A stretch of DNA of 64,000 nucleotides from the NCBI GenBank assembly GCA_963598795.1, contig CAVBUY010000002.1:78216-142215 (forward strand). The letters are read 5' to 3'. Source of the DNA: Alistipes shahii. Lineage in GTDB: Bacteria > Bacillota_I > Bacilli_A > RFN20 > CAG-826. A program made the position numbers and the translations under genes. The number at the start of each line of letters is the position of its first letter. Position 1 is the first letter of the stretch. Below, one piece after another: positions 44,247-53,261 of the stretch. Under the pieces are notes generated by a model that was not told the origin of the DNA, searched no databases, and saw nothing but the letters and a program-made list of their open reading frames with translations.

Positions 44247-45527
44247 TTATTTGATTTTTCCGTGGCTTTTTAGACTAGATAAATCCGAAGAACGACCATT
44301 TTTAATCATTCTCTCATAGTTGTCATTCAAGGCCTTTTCATAAGAGGATTTGCTCATCTTGTTTGGCTCATAGAATTTCATTTCCTTAAGGAATTCAGGC
44401 AAATATTGAATCTTCTCCCATATGTCCGGACGATCGTATGGGTATTTATCTTCTTCTTTCATGTTCACCGGCGTGAGCTTTAGGTAATCTTGAACCATGA
44501 AAGGCTTGCTTCTTGCCAAATCCATGGCCTTTTGGATGCTAAGATCGGCCGCTTTGCTCTTTGGGGACAAGGCCAATTCGCAGACGGTGAAGCCAAGAGG
44601 GATAACCGCTTCAGGGAAACCGATCTGTTCGGAGGCTTGTATGGCTAGCTGGCAACGCTGAACGGCACTTGGATTAGCTAATCCGACATCTTCATAAGCC
44701 GTTACCAATAAGCGGCGTTTTATGCTGTCTAAATCTTCGGCCACGCACAATCTGGCTAAATAATATAAAGCGGCGTTGACATCCGAGCCTCTGATAGATT
44801 TTTGCAAAGCGGATACGGAGTCGTAATGTTCTTCTTCGTTCTTATCCATCGCATAGTTAGGAACGCGCTCAATGGATAGGATGTCCTCTTTATCGATAAT
44901 CTTGCTATTTCCGAATTGAATATAGGCAGATTCTAATAAGTTAAGAGCGAATCTAAGATCCCCGCCGCTTAACTTAGCGATAATCTCATATGCCTTATCG
45001 GTCAATTGGATTTCTCCTTTAAGACCTTCTCTGGAAGAGACCGCTCTTTTGAGTCCAAAGACAATCTCTTTTTCATTTAAGGGTTCGACTTCCAATAAAC
45101 GGCATCTAGATCTAATGGCCCTATTGATGGCGATATAGGGGTTCGCAGTGGTGGCCCCCACCAAGTAAAAAGTCCCATTTTCCACGAAAGGAAGCAATAG
45201 ATCTTGCTTGGTTTTATCCAATCTATGGACTTCATCCATGATGATTATGGCGTGCCCATATAACTTACAAGATTCAATCGCCTCCATCATCTCTTTCTTA
45301 TCGGTCGTAACTGCGTTAAGACGAATGAAATGAAGACCAGTCGATCTTGCATACGCTTCGGCGATAGTGGTTTTTCCCGTCCCAGGAGGGCCAAACAAAA
45401 TAATCGACGTCGGGAGTTTCTTTTCCACCGAACTACGTAAAAAGCCAGAAGGACCGACTAAGTCTTCTTGGCCAATGATGTCATCTAAGGTTTTAGGGCG
45501 AACGCGAAAGGCTAAAGGATCAAACAT
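44247..45527 (-). CDS. rarA: Replication-associated recombination protein A (MgsA/RarA AAA+ ATPase)
   Basis: The 426-aa ORF starts MFDPLAFRVRPKTLDDIIGQEDLVGP. It has Walker A FGPPGTGKTT and the MgsA C-terminal region (HYDSVSALQKSIRGSDVNAALYYLARL). Confidence 0.9.
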   Translation of the reverse strand: MFDPLAFRVRPKTLDDIIGQEDLVGPSGFLRSSVEKKLPTSIILFGPPGTGKTTIAEAYARSTGLHFIRLNAVTTDKKEMMEAIESCKLYGHAIIIMDEVHRLDKTKQDLLLPFVENGTFYLVGATTANPYIAINRAIRSRCRLLEVEPLNEKEIVFGLKRAVSSREGLKGEIQLTDKAYEIIAKLSGGDLRFALNLLESAYIQFGNSKIIDKEDILSIERVPNYAMDKNEEEHYDSVSALQKSIRGSDVNAALYYLARLCVAEDLDSIKRRLLVTAYEDVGLANPSAVQRCQLAIQASEQIGFPEAVIPLGFTVCELALSPKSKAADLSIQKAMDLARSKPFMVQDYLKLTPVNMKEEDKYPYDRPDIWEKIQYLPEFLKEMKFYEPNKMSKSSYEKALNDNYERMIKNGRSSDLSSLKSHGKIK

Positions 45528-45702
45528 AAGTCTAATTTTAGATTAGATGTCCTTTTAATTAAACACTCGGCCTTTATTTCTTAAAAGTTTGGAAAGTTCC
45601 ATTTTTTTAATCCATAAAGCATTGGAAAGTTCCTAAATAAAGAAAATAATGTCGTTATTCTTCCCATTTACATGATTATGTTCATATGAAACTTATGATA
45701 AT

Positions 45703-45728
45703 AAAACAGGGCCTCAACCCTGTTTTTT
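45703..45728 (-). terminator. Bidirectional-looking hairpin after tRNA-Thr
   Basis: The stem is ACAGGG-CCTCAA-CCCTGT, flanked by an A-run and a T-run. Confidence 0.5.
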
Positions 45729-45737
45729 GATTGTAAT

Positions 45738-45813
45738 TGGTGCCGCCTAGCGGAATCGAACCACCAACCTATTGATTACAAATCAATTGCTCTGCCAATT
45801 GAGCTAAAGCGGC
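45738..45813 (-). tRNA. tRNA-Thr (anticodon UGU), CCA encoded
   Basis: I folded it by hand. The acceptor stem is GCCGCTT/AGGCGGC and the anticodon stem is ATTGA/TCAAT with loop TTTGTAA. The T-loop is TTCGATT. Confidence 0.85.
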
Positions 45814-45816
45814 AAA

Positions 45817-45891
45817 TGGTGGGTGTTATTGGGATCGAACCAATGACCTCTTCCGTGTGAAGGAAGCGCTCTCCCGCTGAGCCAAACACCC
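45817..45891 (-). tRNA. tRNA-Val (anticodon CAC), CCA encoded
   Basis: I folded it by hand. The acceptor stem is GGGTGTT/AACACCC and the anticodon stem is CTTCC/GGAAG with loop TTCACAC. The T-loop is TTCGATC. It lies 3 nt upstream of tRNA-Thr. Confidence 0.85.
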
Positions 45892-45899
45892 GCTAGGGA

Positions 45900-45929
45900 A
45901 TAATACCCCGATTATTCCCTTAAGTCCAA
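45900..45929 (-). promoter_or_regulatory. Candidate promoter for the tRNA-Val/Thr pair, TTGGAC-N18-TATTAT
   Basis: On the minus strand the -35 is at 45929..45924 and the -10 at 45905..45900. It overlaps a 10-bp inverted repeat, AGGGAATAAT/ATTATTCCCT (45895..45920). Confidence 0.4.
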
Positions 45930-45940
45930 TGGCAGATGAA

Positions 45941-47278
45941 CTAAGCCATGTGGAATTCTTTTATATAAGTTGCCGCATCGCTGTTAGCAGCTATTTTGAA
46001 ATACGGCTTTTGAGATATATTGTAGTAATAATAATCGCCATTTTTGGAAGCTTCAGCTTCGGTAGTGGGATTGCTTGCGTCCCCATAAGTTACGACAGGC
46101 ACGATATTATCAGTTATTTTTAACGCTATATAGTCGTATCCGGATAAAGCGCTACTGTTATAAAAGTAGCCGCTTCCTCTTTTCATCTGAATCACGCCAG
46201 ATTTGTAAGAGGTGCCAACATTATTTCCGACGAAGCTCACCTCGCCGCTCGTGAATGAAACGTTAGTTCCATATGTAGAGGGCCAATCAGAAATGTCAAA
46301 GGTCTTTTTGAATGAGACATCACCACCGCTGCTGGATGAAGAACCGCTGGATGAAGAGCTACTCGAAGAAGAACTAGATGAAGAAACATAACTGGAGGAC
46401 GAAGAACTGCTTCCATCCACCGTAATGATATATTGGCTAGTTCTCAAACCGTTTTCATCCCAAATGAAATTGGCATATTCCGGATGCTCAACGAAAGGAT
46501 TTCTGGCATAACCCATATTGGCGTATCTATCATTGACGGTCTTTTCGAATTCCGTCGGCCTATATTCGTTATTCCATTTAAGCAAGGTCTTAAGAGTTCC
46601 CATGGTCTTAAGCTGATTCCAATTGTCGCTTGGGTTGTTGGATAAGCTCAATCCCTTGGAATAATAGCGACAAGCCGCATACAAAATCACGCGAGCCGCT
46701 TCGCCCCTGGCCCCGGCATAAGAAGAGCCGTTCGCGGTTTTCGAGGCCGGATCGAATTCGTTGCTGACGGTATTTCCGTAAAAATAATTTCCGCGGGCCG
46801 AATTATCCTTCGTCACTGTCGGACGAATGACAAGCGGGTCGGTTTCGATCAAACCCCCTCCGCGGGAGTTTGGCCAACAATGTTCTCTGTTACAGCTGCC
46901 GATAGTAACCTTTTCGGAATCCTTAGCTTCGTGATAGAAAGGGATGAAAGTGGACGAATTCGCGTTTGGGTAGGCCGCGGCTTTCGCGCCCACCGAAAGA
47001 CAATTGCTATATGATGTGGTATTCCCGGTTATCAAGGAAGCCAATTTGTTTCTGAATGTCACGCCATAAGTCGTAAAATCCAATCCAGGGTAACGGCTGT
47101 CGATCAATTCGCTGGTATCAATGGAAGTAGACGACCAAGGAGAGGAAGAAGTTTGAGAGCTAGTCGATCCATTGCTTGAAGCGCTATCGCCGGAATCGAT
47201 GTCTGGATTACAACCTGCAAGGGTAAACGAACCCAGCAAACCTAGGGTGAGAATCAAACGTTTGGCAAAGCTCTTCAT
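45941..47278 (-). CDS. Endonuclease I-family extracellular nuclease lipoprotein with a C-terminal accessory domain
   Basis: The 445-aa ORF has lipobox FTLAGC and a Ser-rich linker. Its nuclease motifs are NREHCWPNSRGG, ARGNYFYG and ARNPFVEHPEYANFIW. A second poly-Ser run separates a ~125-aa C-terminal module. Confidence 0.8.
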   Translation of the reverse strand: MKSFAKRLILTLGLLGSFTLAGCNPDIDSGDSASSNGSTSSQTSSSPWSSTSIDTSELIDSRYPGLDFTTYGVTFRNKLASLITGNTTSYSNCLSVGAKAAAYPNANSSTFIPFYHEAKDSEKVTIGSCNREHCWPNSRGGGLIETDPLVIRPTVTKDNSARGNYFYGNTVSNEFDPASKTANGSSYAGARGEAARVILYAACRYYSKGLSLSNNPSDNWNQLKTMGTLKTLLKWNNEYRPTEFEKTVNDRYANMGYARNPFVEHPEYANFIWDENGLRTSQYIITVDGSSSSSSSYVSSSSSSSSSSSSSGSSSSSGGDVSFKKTFDISDWPSTYGTNVSFTSGEVSFVGNNVGTSYKSGVIQMKRGSGYFYNSSALSGYDYIALKITDNIVPVVTYGDASNPTTEAEASKNGDYYYYNISQKPYFKIAANSDAATYIKEFHMA

Positions 47279-47397
47279 AAAGGGAAACCTTCCTTGAAAT
47301 CCTAAGATTTCATCAACGGTTTAAAAGAATACACCAAAAAGAGGTTTCTTTAAATAAGAAAGGGCTTCATACAAAATTGTTTTCTAGGCTAGGAGGC

Positions 47398-48933
47398 TTA
47401 TCTATAGCTTCCCCATATTTTATCAACGGCTTCTGGGTGGTCTATAAACGGGTTTCTGTTGTTTTGTATCTTATAAACCGCTTCGTTTCTCTTTATCTCT
47501 TTTTCGGAAACAGGGTCCATATCATTCCAAGCCAAATAAGTCTTTATGGCCCATGAAGCAAGAGATGGATAGGTAGTCTTGTTAAATGCAGCGTAATTGA
47601 CGGAAGGGATATAGCTTTGATATCTGGTCACGAAATAGAAATAGGAACGAGCGAAGTCTCCCTTATATTCGTCGATGACTTCAAAAACCGTCCCACTATA
47701 GCCATTGTTGCTGCCGGTTCCTAATTTGGAGCCGTTTTTAGATGTATATTCGGCAGAAGAGACATTGCCATGAGGGAAAGAGCTTCTTCTGTTATTGACG
47801 TATCCGTCCGTCGGAACGACATGGAAGAGATCGCATTTCATCGAGGATGCCCCACTGGTGCTTTTCCATGAAGATTGGGGAATGGTATGCTCCCTGTTAT
47901 AGACGTCTCCCTCGTCTTTGTAGTTGCCGGCCCTATCGTTTCTGGGATTGAATTTTTCATTCGAATACATATCCCAAATATAACCTTCATCGGTTAAATC
48001 GGTTGATTCGTAAGCAGACCATAAGGCATCGTAGCCAATGGCCTTCGCGCCTTTTGATATAACGGAAGACAAGGCCGTCTTTAAGGTAGCTCCGGTAGAA
48101 TTCCAATTGACTCCAGCGTAATATCCGCTCGGATCGATGTCTGGCGTGCTATCGGAACTCGAAGACGAAGATGACGATGAAGAAGAGGAATCAGCAGAAG
48201 AGGACGACGACGACGATGACGAGGAATCGGGGTCCGTCGAACCGCCTGAATTCAAAACCAAGAAATCTATTTTATAAACATAGATGCGTCCCTTGGCTGA
48301 AGCGGAAAAAGTCATAGAATCAGAAGCCGTGTTGGTTTCGTTGTCCATATATAAATAGGTATATTTGGAAACTGAGTCGCTATCGATTGTTATTTCCATT
48401 CCGTTGGTATTAGCGCTTGTTTGACATTTGTAATTGACGGAGGAATCTCCCTCGAATTTCGAAGCATATATCTCAACTTGCTTGATTATGTATTTTTTAT
48501 TGAAATTAATCGTGAAATTGCCATTTTTCTTGCTGGATCCCATCTTCAACGCATAGGATTCCTCATTAGTGGATTCGCGTTTTTGGCCAAAGCAATTGTT
48601 GAAAGTCGCGCCTTTTACGTCGATTCCGTCCGCAAAATAGCTTTCCGAGCTTGGTGTTTCGGAATTGGTTTTGGATACCAGCTCCCCAAAATACAATGTG
48701 TATCTCTTTATTGTTTCTTCAGGATTCGACGAAGAAGATGAAGATGACGATGAAGAAGAGGAAGAGGAGCTGGATGAGCTACTAGAAGAGGACTGCCCAC
48801 CAGAGGAAGACGAAGAATTTATATTAGTGGAATCCGAATCGTTCGATGAAGAGGAATCTGGATTGTCTATACACGAAGACAACGACAAAATGGCCGTGAT
48901 GGCCAACATTGATATAAAGGGGATCTTTTTCAT
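47398..48933 (-). CDS. Endonuclease I-family extracellular nuclease lipoprotein with an N-terminal accessory domain
   Basis: The 511-aa ORF has lipobox LSLSSC and two poly-Ser linkers. A ~150-aa module precedes the nuclease domain. The nuclease motifs are NREHTIPQSSW, VNNRRSSFPHG and NNRNPFIDHPEAVDKIW. Confidence 0.8.
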   Translation of the reverse strand: MKKIPFISMLAITAILSLSSCIDNPDSSSSNDSDSTNINSSSSSGGQSSSSSSSSSSSSSSSSSSSSSSNPEETIKRYTLYFGELVSKTNSETPSSESYFADGIDVKGATFNNCFGQKRESTNEESYALKMGSSKKNGNFTINFNKKYIIKQVEIYASKFEGDSSVNYKCQTSANTNGMEITIDSDSVSKYTYLYMDNETNTASDSMTFSASAKGRIYVYKIDFLVLNSGGSTDPDSSSSSSSSSSADSSSSSSSSSSSSDSTPDIDPSGYYAGVNWNSTGATLKTALSSVISKGAKAIGYDALWSAYESTDLTDEGYIWDMYSNEKFNPRNDRAGNYKDEGDVYNREHTIPQSSWKSTSGASSMKCDLFHVVPTDGYVNNRRSSFPHGNVSSAEYTSKNGSKLGTGSNNGYSGTVFEVIDEYKGDFARSYFYFVTRYQSYIPSVNYAAFNKTTYPSLASWAIKTYLAWNDMDPVSEKEIKRNEAVYKIQNNRNPFIDHPEAVDKIWGSYR

Positions 48934-48960
48934 ACAGGCTATTATATCCGTTTATGGGGC

Positions 48961-48987
48961 AAATAAAAAGCCTGACTAAGTCAGGCT
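48961..48987 (-). terminator. Intrinsic terminator after tRNA-Ile
   Basis: The minus strand reads AGCCTGAC-TTA-GTCAGGCT followed by TTTTTATTT. Confidence 0.65.
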
Positions 48988-48998
48988 GATGTTCGATT

Positions 48999-49075
48999 TG
49001 GTGGGCCTTAATGGGCTTGAACCATCGACCTCACGCTTATCAAGCGTGCGCTCTAACCAACTGAGCTAAAGGCCC
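48999..49075 (-). tRNA. tRNA-Ile (anticodon GAU), CCA encoded
   Basis: I folded it by hand. The acceptor stem is GGGCCTT/AAGGCCC and the anticodon stem is CACGC/GCGTG with loop TTGATAA. The T-loop is TTCAAGC. Confidence 0.85.
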
Positions 49076-49098
49076 ATCGCGCCAAAACGCGCTTAAAT

Positions 49099-49127
49099 AA
49101 TATACAACCACGGCAATTTATTGCCAA
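49099..49127 (-). promoter_or_regulatory. Candidate promoter for tRNA-Ile, TTGGCA-N17-TATATT
   Basis: On the minus strand the -35 is at 49127..49122 and the -10 at 49104..49099. The -10 element lies about 24 nt upstream of the mature tRNA 5' end. Confidence 0.5.
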
Positions 49128-49359
49128 GAGCCAATTTCATTAACTGTGAATTCCAAAACTTAAGTCAGTTTATTAACCATAACCGGAAATAAGTCCTGCA
49201 AACTAGCCGTTTTTCAAAAATAGAATTAACTATAAAATTGTCAATTCAATGCCTTGTGTCAAGAAATCCCCCAGTTTCTTTTACGCATTTCCCCCACTTT
49301 CTTTTAAATCATCGATGTGGTTTAGCAAAAAAGGCGCCAACTAACGCAATTTCATTAGT

Positions 49360-50598
49360 TTAGTAAACGAGGTTGGTAACGTCTTTCCAATTAGAGACAA
49401 TAAAAGCCACTTCTTTTTTCAAATCTTCTTGGCTTTTGTTCCCTTTTAAGGCGTCATCGATTATATGGGCTATCTTTATAGCATCTTCCTTGCTGCACCC
49501 CCTGGAAGTCGAGGCGGCGAATCCCAAACGGATCCCAGAACAAAGATTTGGTTTCAATGTGTCGTTATGAATCATGTTTTTGTTGCTGGTGATTCCGATT
49601 TCTTCCAATTTGATTTGGGCGTCCTTGCCGCTGATTCCATAACTCTTCAAGACATTGAGCAAAAACAAATGGTTGTCACTTCCGGAGACTGTCGCTCCAA
49701 GTTTTTCCAATTCGTCGTTGCAGGCTTTGGTGTTTTCCAAAACGTGCCTCATATATTCTTTGAATTCCGGCTTCAAAGCTTCTTTGAAAGCCACGGCTTT
49801 GGCTAAGATAACATGCTCCAAAGGCCCGCCTTGGGAATAAGGGAACACGGCTTTGTCCACTTTTTTCCCAAGCTCCAAATCATTGCTTAATATCATTCCG
49901 CCCCTAGGGCCTCTTAAGGTTTTATGGGTGGTAGTGGTTACCAAGTCGGCGTAAGAGCAGGGATTTTCGCACAATCCCGCGGCGACTATTCCCGCAATAT
50001 GGGCCATATCGACCATAAATAGGACGTTTTTGCCGTTTTTCTTATTATATGAATCGATGATCGAACGAATTCTGGAGAAGCTTATCTCATATGGATAGGC
50101 CGAATATCCGGTTAACACCAAATCGGGATCGAATGCGTTTATCTCTCTTTCGATCTCTGAATAATCCAAATGGGCGTCCGAGCCCAAAGGATAAAAGGAA
50201 AATTCATAATCGTGCGAGGAAAAAGATACTGGGGAGCCATGGGTCAAATGCCCTCCGTCTGATAAAACCAACGCCAAGATTTTGCCGCCATTCGGCAATA
50301 AGGCGCGATAGGCGGCGTAGTTGGCTTGGGAGCCTGAATGAGGCTGGACGTTTATATAAGCGCAATGAAAGAGTTCTTTGGCTTTTTCTATCGCCAAATT
50401 CTCGCCTTTGTCGATATTCACGCATCCGCCGTAATAACGTTTGTTTGGATAACCTTCCGCGTATTTGGCGGTGAAAATCGAACCCTGGGCTTCCATAACG
50501 TCCTTGGAGGGATAATTTTCCGAAGCGATCAATTCGATGCCTTCGTTTTGCCTTTTCGTTTCGTCTTCTATCAAAGCTTTGATTTCTTTGTCTAACAT
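49360..50598 (-). CDS. glyA: Serine hydroxymethyltransferase
   Basis: The 412-aa ORF contains IELIASENY, YAEGYPNKRYYGGC and the PLP-lysine region VTTTTHKTLRGPRGG. Confidence 0.95.
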   Translation of the reverse strand: MLDKEIKALIEDETKRQNEGIELIASENYPSKDVMEAQGSIFTAKYAEGYPNKRYYGGCVNIDKGENLAIEKAKELFHCAYINVQPHSGSQANYAAYRALLPNGGKILALVLSDGGHLTHGSPVSFSSHDYEFSFYPLGSDAHLDYSEIEREINAFDPDLVLTGYSAYPYEISFSRIRSIIDSYNKKNGKNVLFMVDMAHIAGIVAAGLCENPCSYADLVTTTTHKTLRGPRGGMILSNDLELGKKVDKAVFPYSQGGPLEHVILAKAVAFKEALKPEFKEYMRHVLENTKACNDELEKLGATVSGSDNHLFLLNVLKSYGISGKDAQIKLEEIGITSNKNMIHNDTLKPNLCSGIRLGFAASTSRGCSKEDAIKIAHIIDDALKGNKSQEDLKKEVAFIVSNWKDVTNLVY

Positions 50599-50613
50599 AA
50601 ATAACCCTCCTTA

Positions 50614-50648
50614 TAAGAAAAGAAAGCCCAACGATCGTGGGCTTTCTC
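50614..50648 (-). terminator. Intrinsic terminator after rpsI
   Basis: The minus strand reads AGAAAGCCCA-CGATCGT-TGGGCTTTCT followed by TTTCTTAT. Confidence 0.6.
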
Positions 50649-50656
50649 GTAATTGC

Positions 50657-51046
50657 TTAACGCTTGCTGAATTGCGGGGCGCGACGAGCGGCTTTGAGAC
50701 CGTACTTCTTACGTTCTTTGGAGCGGGCGTTGCGGGTGAGCATGCCAGCCACTTTCAAAGTCTTTCTGTCTTCGCCGGCTTCCAATAAGGCGCGGGCGAT
50801 GCCTAAGCGGATAGCTTCGGCCTGTCCGGTGAAGCCGCCGCCTTTGACGATAGCTTCGATGTCATATTTGTCTTCGGTGCCAGTCAAAGCAAGAGGTTGC
50901 TTGAGGTTTTGAACCAAAGTCGCGTAAGGCATATATTCGTTGACGTCGCGATCGTTGACCGTGATCTTGCCAGTGCCTTTGGAGACATAGACGCGAGCGA
51001 TTGAGCTCTTTCTGCGTCCGGTGCCGTAATATTTAGTATTAGCCAT
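50657..51046 (-). CDS. rpsI: 30S ribosomal protein S9
   Basis: It begins [21 protein letters not shown] and ends ...[17 protein letters not shown] chose the ATG at 51046, 10 nt after an AGGAG motif. Confidence 0.95.
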   Translation of the reverse strand: MANTKYYGTGRRKSSIARVYVSKGTGKITVNDRDVNEYMPYATLVQNLKQPLALTGTEDKYDIEAIVKGGGFTGQAEAIRLGIARALLEAGEDRKTLKVAGMLTRNARSKERKKYGLKAARRAPQFSKR

Positions 51047-51060
51047 CTTCATCTATCTCC

Positions 51061-51501
51061 TTATTTGCTGAGGTCAAGAGCGACGGGTTGCTGAGCTTTC
51101 TGTTCGTGCTCGGCTCCGGCATAAACGAATAATTTCTTGATCTCTTTGCGGCCGAGAGGTCCTTTTGGCATCATGCCCCAGACGGCTCTTTCGACCATTT
51201 CGACAGGGAATTCGCGAAGCATGGTTCCCGAGGAACGGGTACGCAAGCCGCCGTTATATCCGCTGACGTTGTAATAATTCTTCTTGTGTTCGACATCCCC
51301 GGTCAATTTGACCTTGGAAGCATTCACGATGATGACGTAGTCTCCGGTATCTTCGTTCGGAGTGTAAATTGGCTTGGTTTTGCCCATCAAAATCTGAGCG
51401 ACTTTGGAAGCGAGACGGCCGAGCGGGATGTCGGTGGCGTCCACGACGTACCAGGCGCGCTTGAGTTCTAATGGTTTAGCCATTGTAGTTTGACGCTGCA
51501 T
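51061..51501 (-). CDS. rplM: 50S ribosomal protein L13
   Basis: It contains KRAWYVVDATDIPLGRLASKVAQILMGK and SGYNGGLR, typical of L13. Confidence 0.95.
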   Translation of the reverse strand: MQRQTTMAKPLELKRAWYVVDATDIPLGRLASKVAQILMGKTKPIYTPNEDTGDYVIIVNASKVKLTGDVEHKKNYYNVSGYNGGLRTRSSGTMLREFPVEMVERAVWGMMPKGPLGRKEIKKLFVYAGAEHEQKAQQPVALDLSK

Positions 51502-51592
51502 GTTTTCTTCTCTTTTCTAGTCTTAATTAGCGACTTTCTCTTTTGGATTGGACCTTACCGGGGTTTGCTCTTTCAAAGTAGTGCCGAGTGAT

Positions 51593-51621
51593 ATTATCCA
51601 TACCATAAGGTATGTTGTAAA
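51593..51621 (-). promoter_or_regulatory. Promoter of rplM-rpsI, TTTACA-N17-GATAAT, with a TG-extended -10
   Basis: On the minus strand the -35 is at 51621..51616 and the -10 at 51598..51593, preceded by TG. It would leave a leader of about 85 nt before the rplM ATG. Confidence 0.55.
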
Positions 51622-51635
51622 GGGAAACTTAAAGG

Positions 51636-51663
51636 CGAAAAGAAAACCCTGCTAAGCAGGGCC
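51636..51663 (-). terminator. Intrinsic terminator after the yebC-family gene
   Basis: The minus strand reads CCCTGC-TTA-GCAGGG followed by TTTTCTTTTCG. Confidence 0.55.
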
Positions 51664-51675
51664 TTCGTTTGCTCA

Positions 51676-52380
51676 TTAAGCGTTTTCGACGTTATGATAG
51701 ACGGCTTGAACGTCTTCGGCTTCGTCCAATTCGGCCAACATTTTCTTAAATGTCGCCAAATGTTCGTCATCGAGGGTGATGTAGTCGTTTGGAACCATGG
51801 TGGTCTCGTTGCGTTCGAAATCGCTGATTCCGATTTCCTTGAGCACATCCGTGGCTTTGCCTAAATCATTCGGGGCTACCGTCACTTCGATGATGCCGTC
51901 TTCCAATTCGACGGATTTGACATCGACGTCGCCCATGATCAAAGCTTCTTCGACCTCATCACGGTTCTCGCCCTTGAAGTCGATCAACCCGAGATATTCG
52001 AAATTGTAGGCCACCGAACTCATCTTGCCGCCTTTTCTCGTAACGATTGTTCTCACCGTGACCAAGGCGCGGTTGACGTTATCGGACAAGGTATCGACGA
52101 TAACATATGAATTTCCGGCGCCATAGAATTCGTAACGGCCTTGGATATAAGCCACGGCGTCTCCGCCCTTGGCTTTTTCAATGGCTCTGTCAATGACGTC
52201 TTTCGGACATTGTTTGCGGTATTTTTCGATAGCGCTTCTTAACGCGAGATTGGCTTCAGGGTCAGGAACACCCGCCTTCGCCGCAGCGTAGATTTCTTTT
52301 GAAGCACGCATGTAGACCGCGCTTTTTGCTTTGGCACTGGCCGCCATCGCAGCGGCTCTGACTTCGAAATGTCTGCCCAT
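51676..52380 (-). CDS. YebC/PmpR-family DNA-binding transcriptional regulator
   Basis: It has the characteristic family start MGRHFEVRAAAMAASAKAKSAVYMRASKEIY. I chose the ATG at 52380, which follows an AAGGAG motif. Confidence 0.85.
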   Translation of the reverse strand: MGRHFEVRAAAMAASAKAKSAVYMRASKEIYAAAKAGVPDPEANLALRSAIEKYRKQCPKDVIDRAIEKAKGGDAVAYIQGRYEFYGAGNSYVIVDTLSDNVNRALVTVRTIVTRKGGKMSSVAYNFEYLGLIDFKGENRDEVEEALIMGDVDVKSVELEDGIIEVTVAPNDLGKATDVLKEIGISDFERNETTMVPNDYITLDDEHLATFKKMLAELDEAEDVQAVYHNVENA

Positions 52381-52457
52381 AATCCTGTTCTCCTTAATTT
52401 TTGACAAGTGGTATTCTACCACTCGATAACCTGCATTCTAGATTTTTTTGAAAATCT

Positions 52458-53261
52458 TCAGCATTCCCCTTGATTGACGAAAAACCCAAATTCTTTTTCA
52501 TCTGGTTTCTCATAGCCGACTTCAACGAAAGTCAACCCTTCCGCCGGAGCCTTGAAATTGATGATGTTTCTTTCTAAAGAATTGAGATGCGACTTAAATT
52601 CGTCCAAAGTCATGTTCCCAAAACCAACGCGGAAAGCTGCCCCCATCATGATGCGGACTTGGTAGGTCATAAACCTATTTCCCTTGAATTTGACCGAAAT
52701 CAATTTTGGATCGTTCTTATCGTCTATATTCACATCTATACGGTAAATGGTTCTGACATAATCCCCGACGTCTTCCATTTTATTGGTGAAATCCCAAAAT
52801 TTGTGGGTCCCAACCAATAACTTCAAAGAAGATAGGAAGTCACTTAAAAAGAATTCCCTTGTTCCCATTTGAGCCACGGTCACGGATTCCAAAGGCTTTT
52901 TTTCTCCCAGGCGGAACGAGTAGAGATACGTTTTGCTTGTCGAAGAATGCCTGGCATGGAAATCCTCGTCTTTTTCTTCGATGGACAATATGGAAATGTC
53001 GCTGGGAAGAAGGCGATGGTTCATGGCGTACAAAAACGACTCTTTTGAAGGGATGGGCCTTTCTGAATGAAAAGAAAAGACCTGTCCCAAAGCGTTTACC
53101 CCGGCATCCGTCCTTCCTCCTCCGGAGATAGAAATGGGAGAATCAAAATAAAGCGATAGACATTCTTCTATCTTTCCTTGGACGGTATTTAGACCAGGCT
53201 GCTTCTGCCAGCCTTTGTAGGAATGGCCAAGGTAAGAGACGATACAAAGGTAATTCATCAT
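52458..53261 (-). CDS. truA: tRNA pseudouridine(38-40) synthase
   Basis: It contains YLGHSYKGWQKQPG and the catalytic-Asp motif GGGRTDAGVNALGQV. Confidence 0.9.
   Translation of the reverse strand: MMNYLCIVSYLGHSYKGWQKQPGLNTVQGKIEECLSLYFDSPISISGGGRTDAGVNALGQVFSFHSERPIPSKESFLYAMNHRLLPSDISILSIEEKDEDFHARHSSTSKTYLYSFRLGEKKPLESVTVAQMGTREFFLSDFLSSLKLLVGTHKFWDFTNKMEDVGDYVRTIYRIDVNIDDKNDPKLISVKFKGNRFMTYQVRIMMGAAFRVGFGNMTLDEFKSHLNSLERNIINFKAPAEGLTFVEVGYEKPDEKEFGFFVNQGEC

Noticed and set aside
48665-48979. A 104-aa Asp/Glu-rich ORF. Similar plus-strand ORFs occur at 7233..7535, 7358..7570 and 30882..31325.
   Set aside because: These are antisense read-throughs of poly-Ser coding tracts (TCx/AGC read backwards gives GAx/GCT). 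They lie inside strongly supported minus-strand genes.
50599-50656. A riboswitch (ZTP, THF or T-box) upstream of glyA.
   Set aside because: The gap is only 58 nt, and most of it is the rpsI terminator hairpin. That is too short for any of these elements.
51594-51848. An 84-aa minus-strand ORF overlapping the yebC 3' end and the rplM promoter region.
   Set aside because: It lies in a different frame from the well-supported YebC-family gene and runs through a terminator and a promoter. Its composition is not protein-like.
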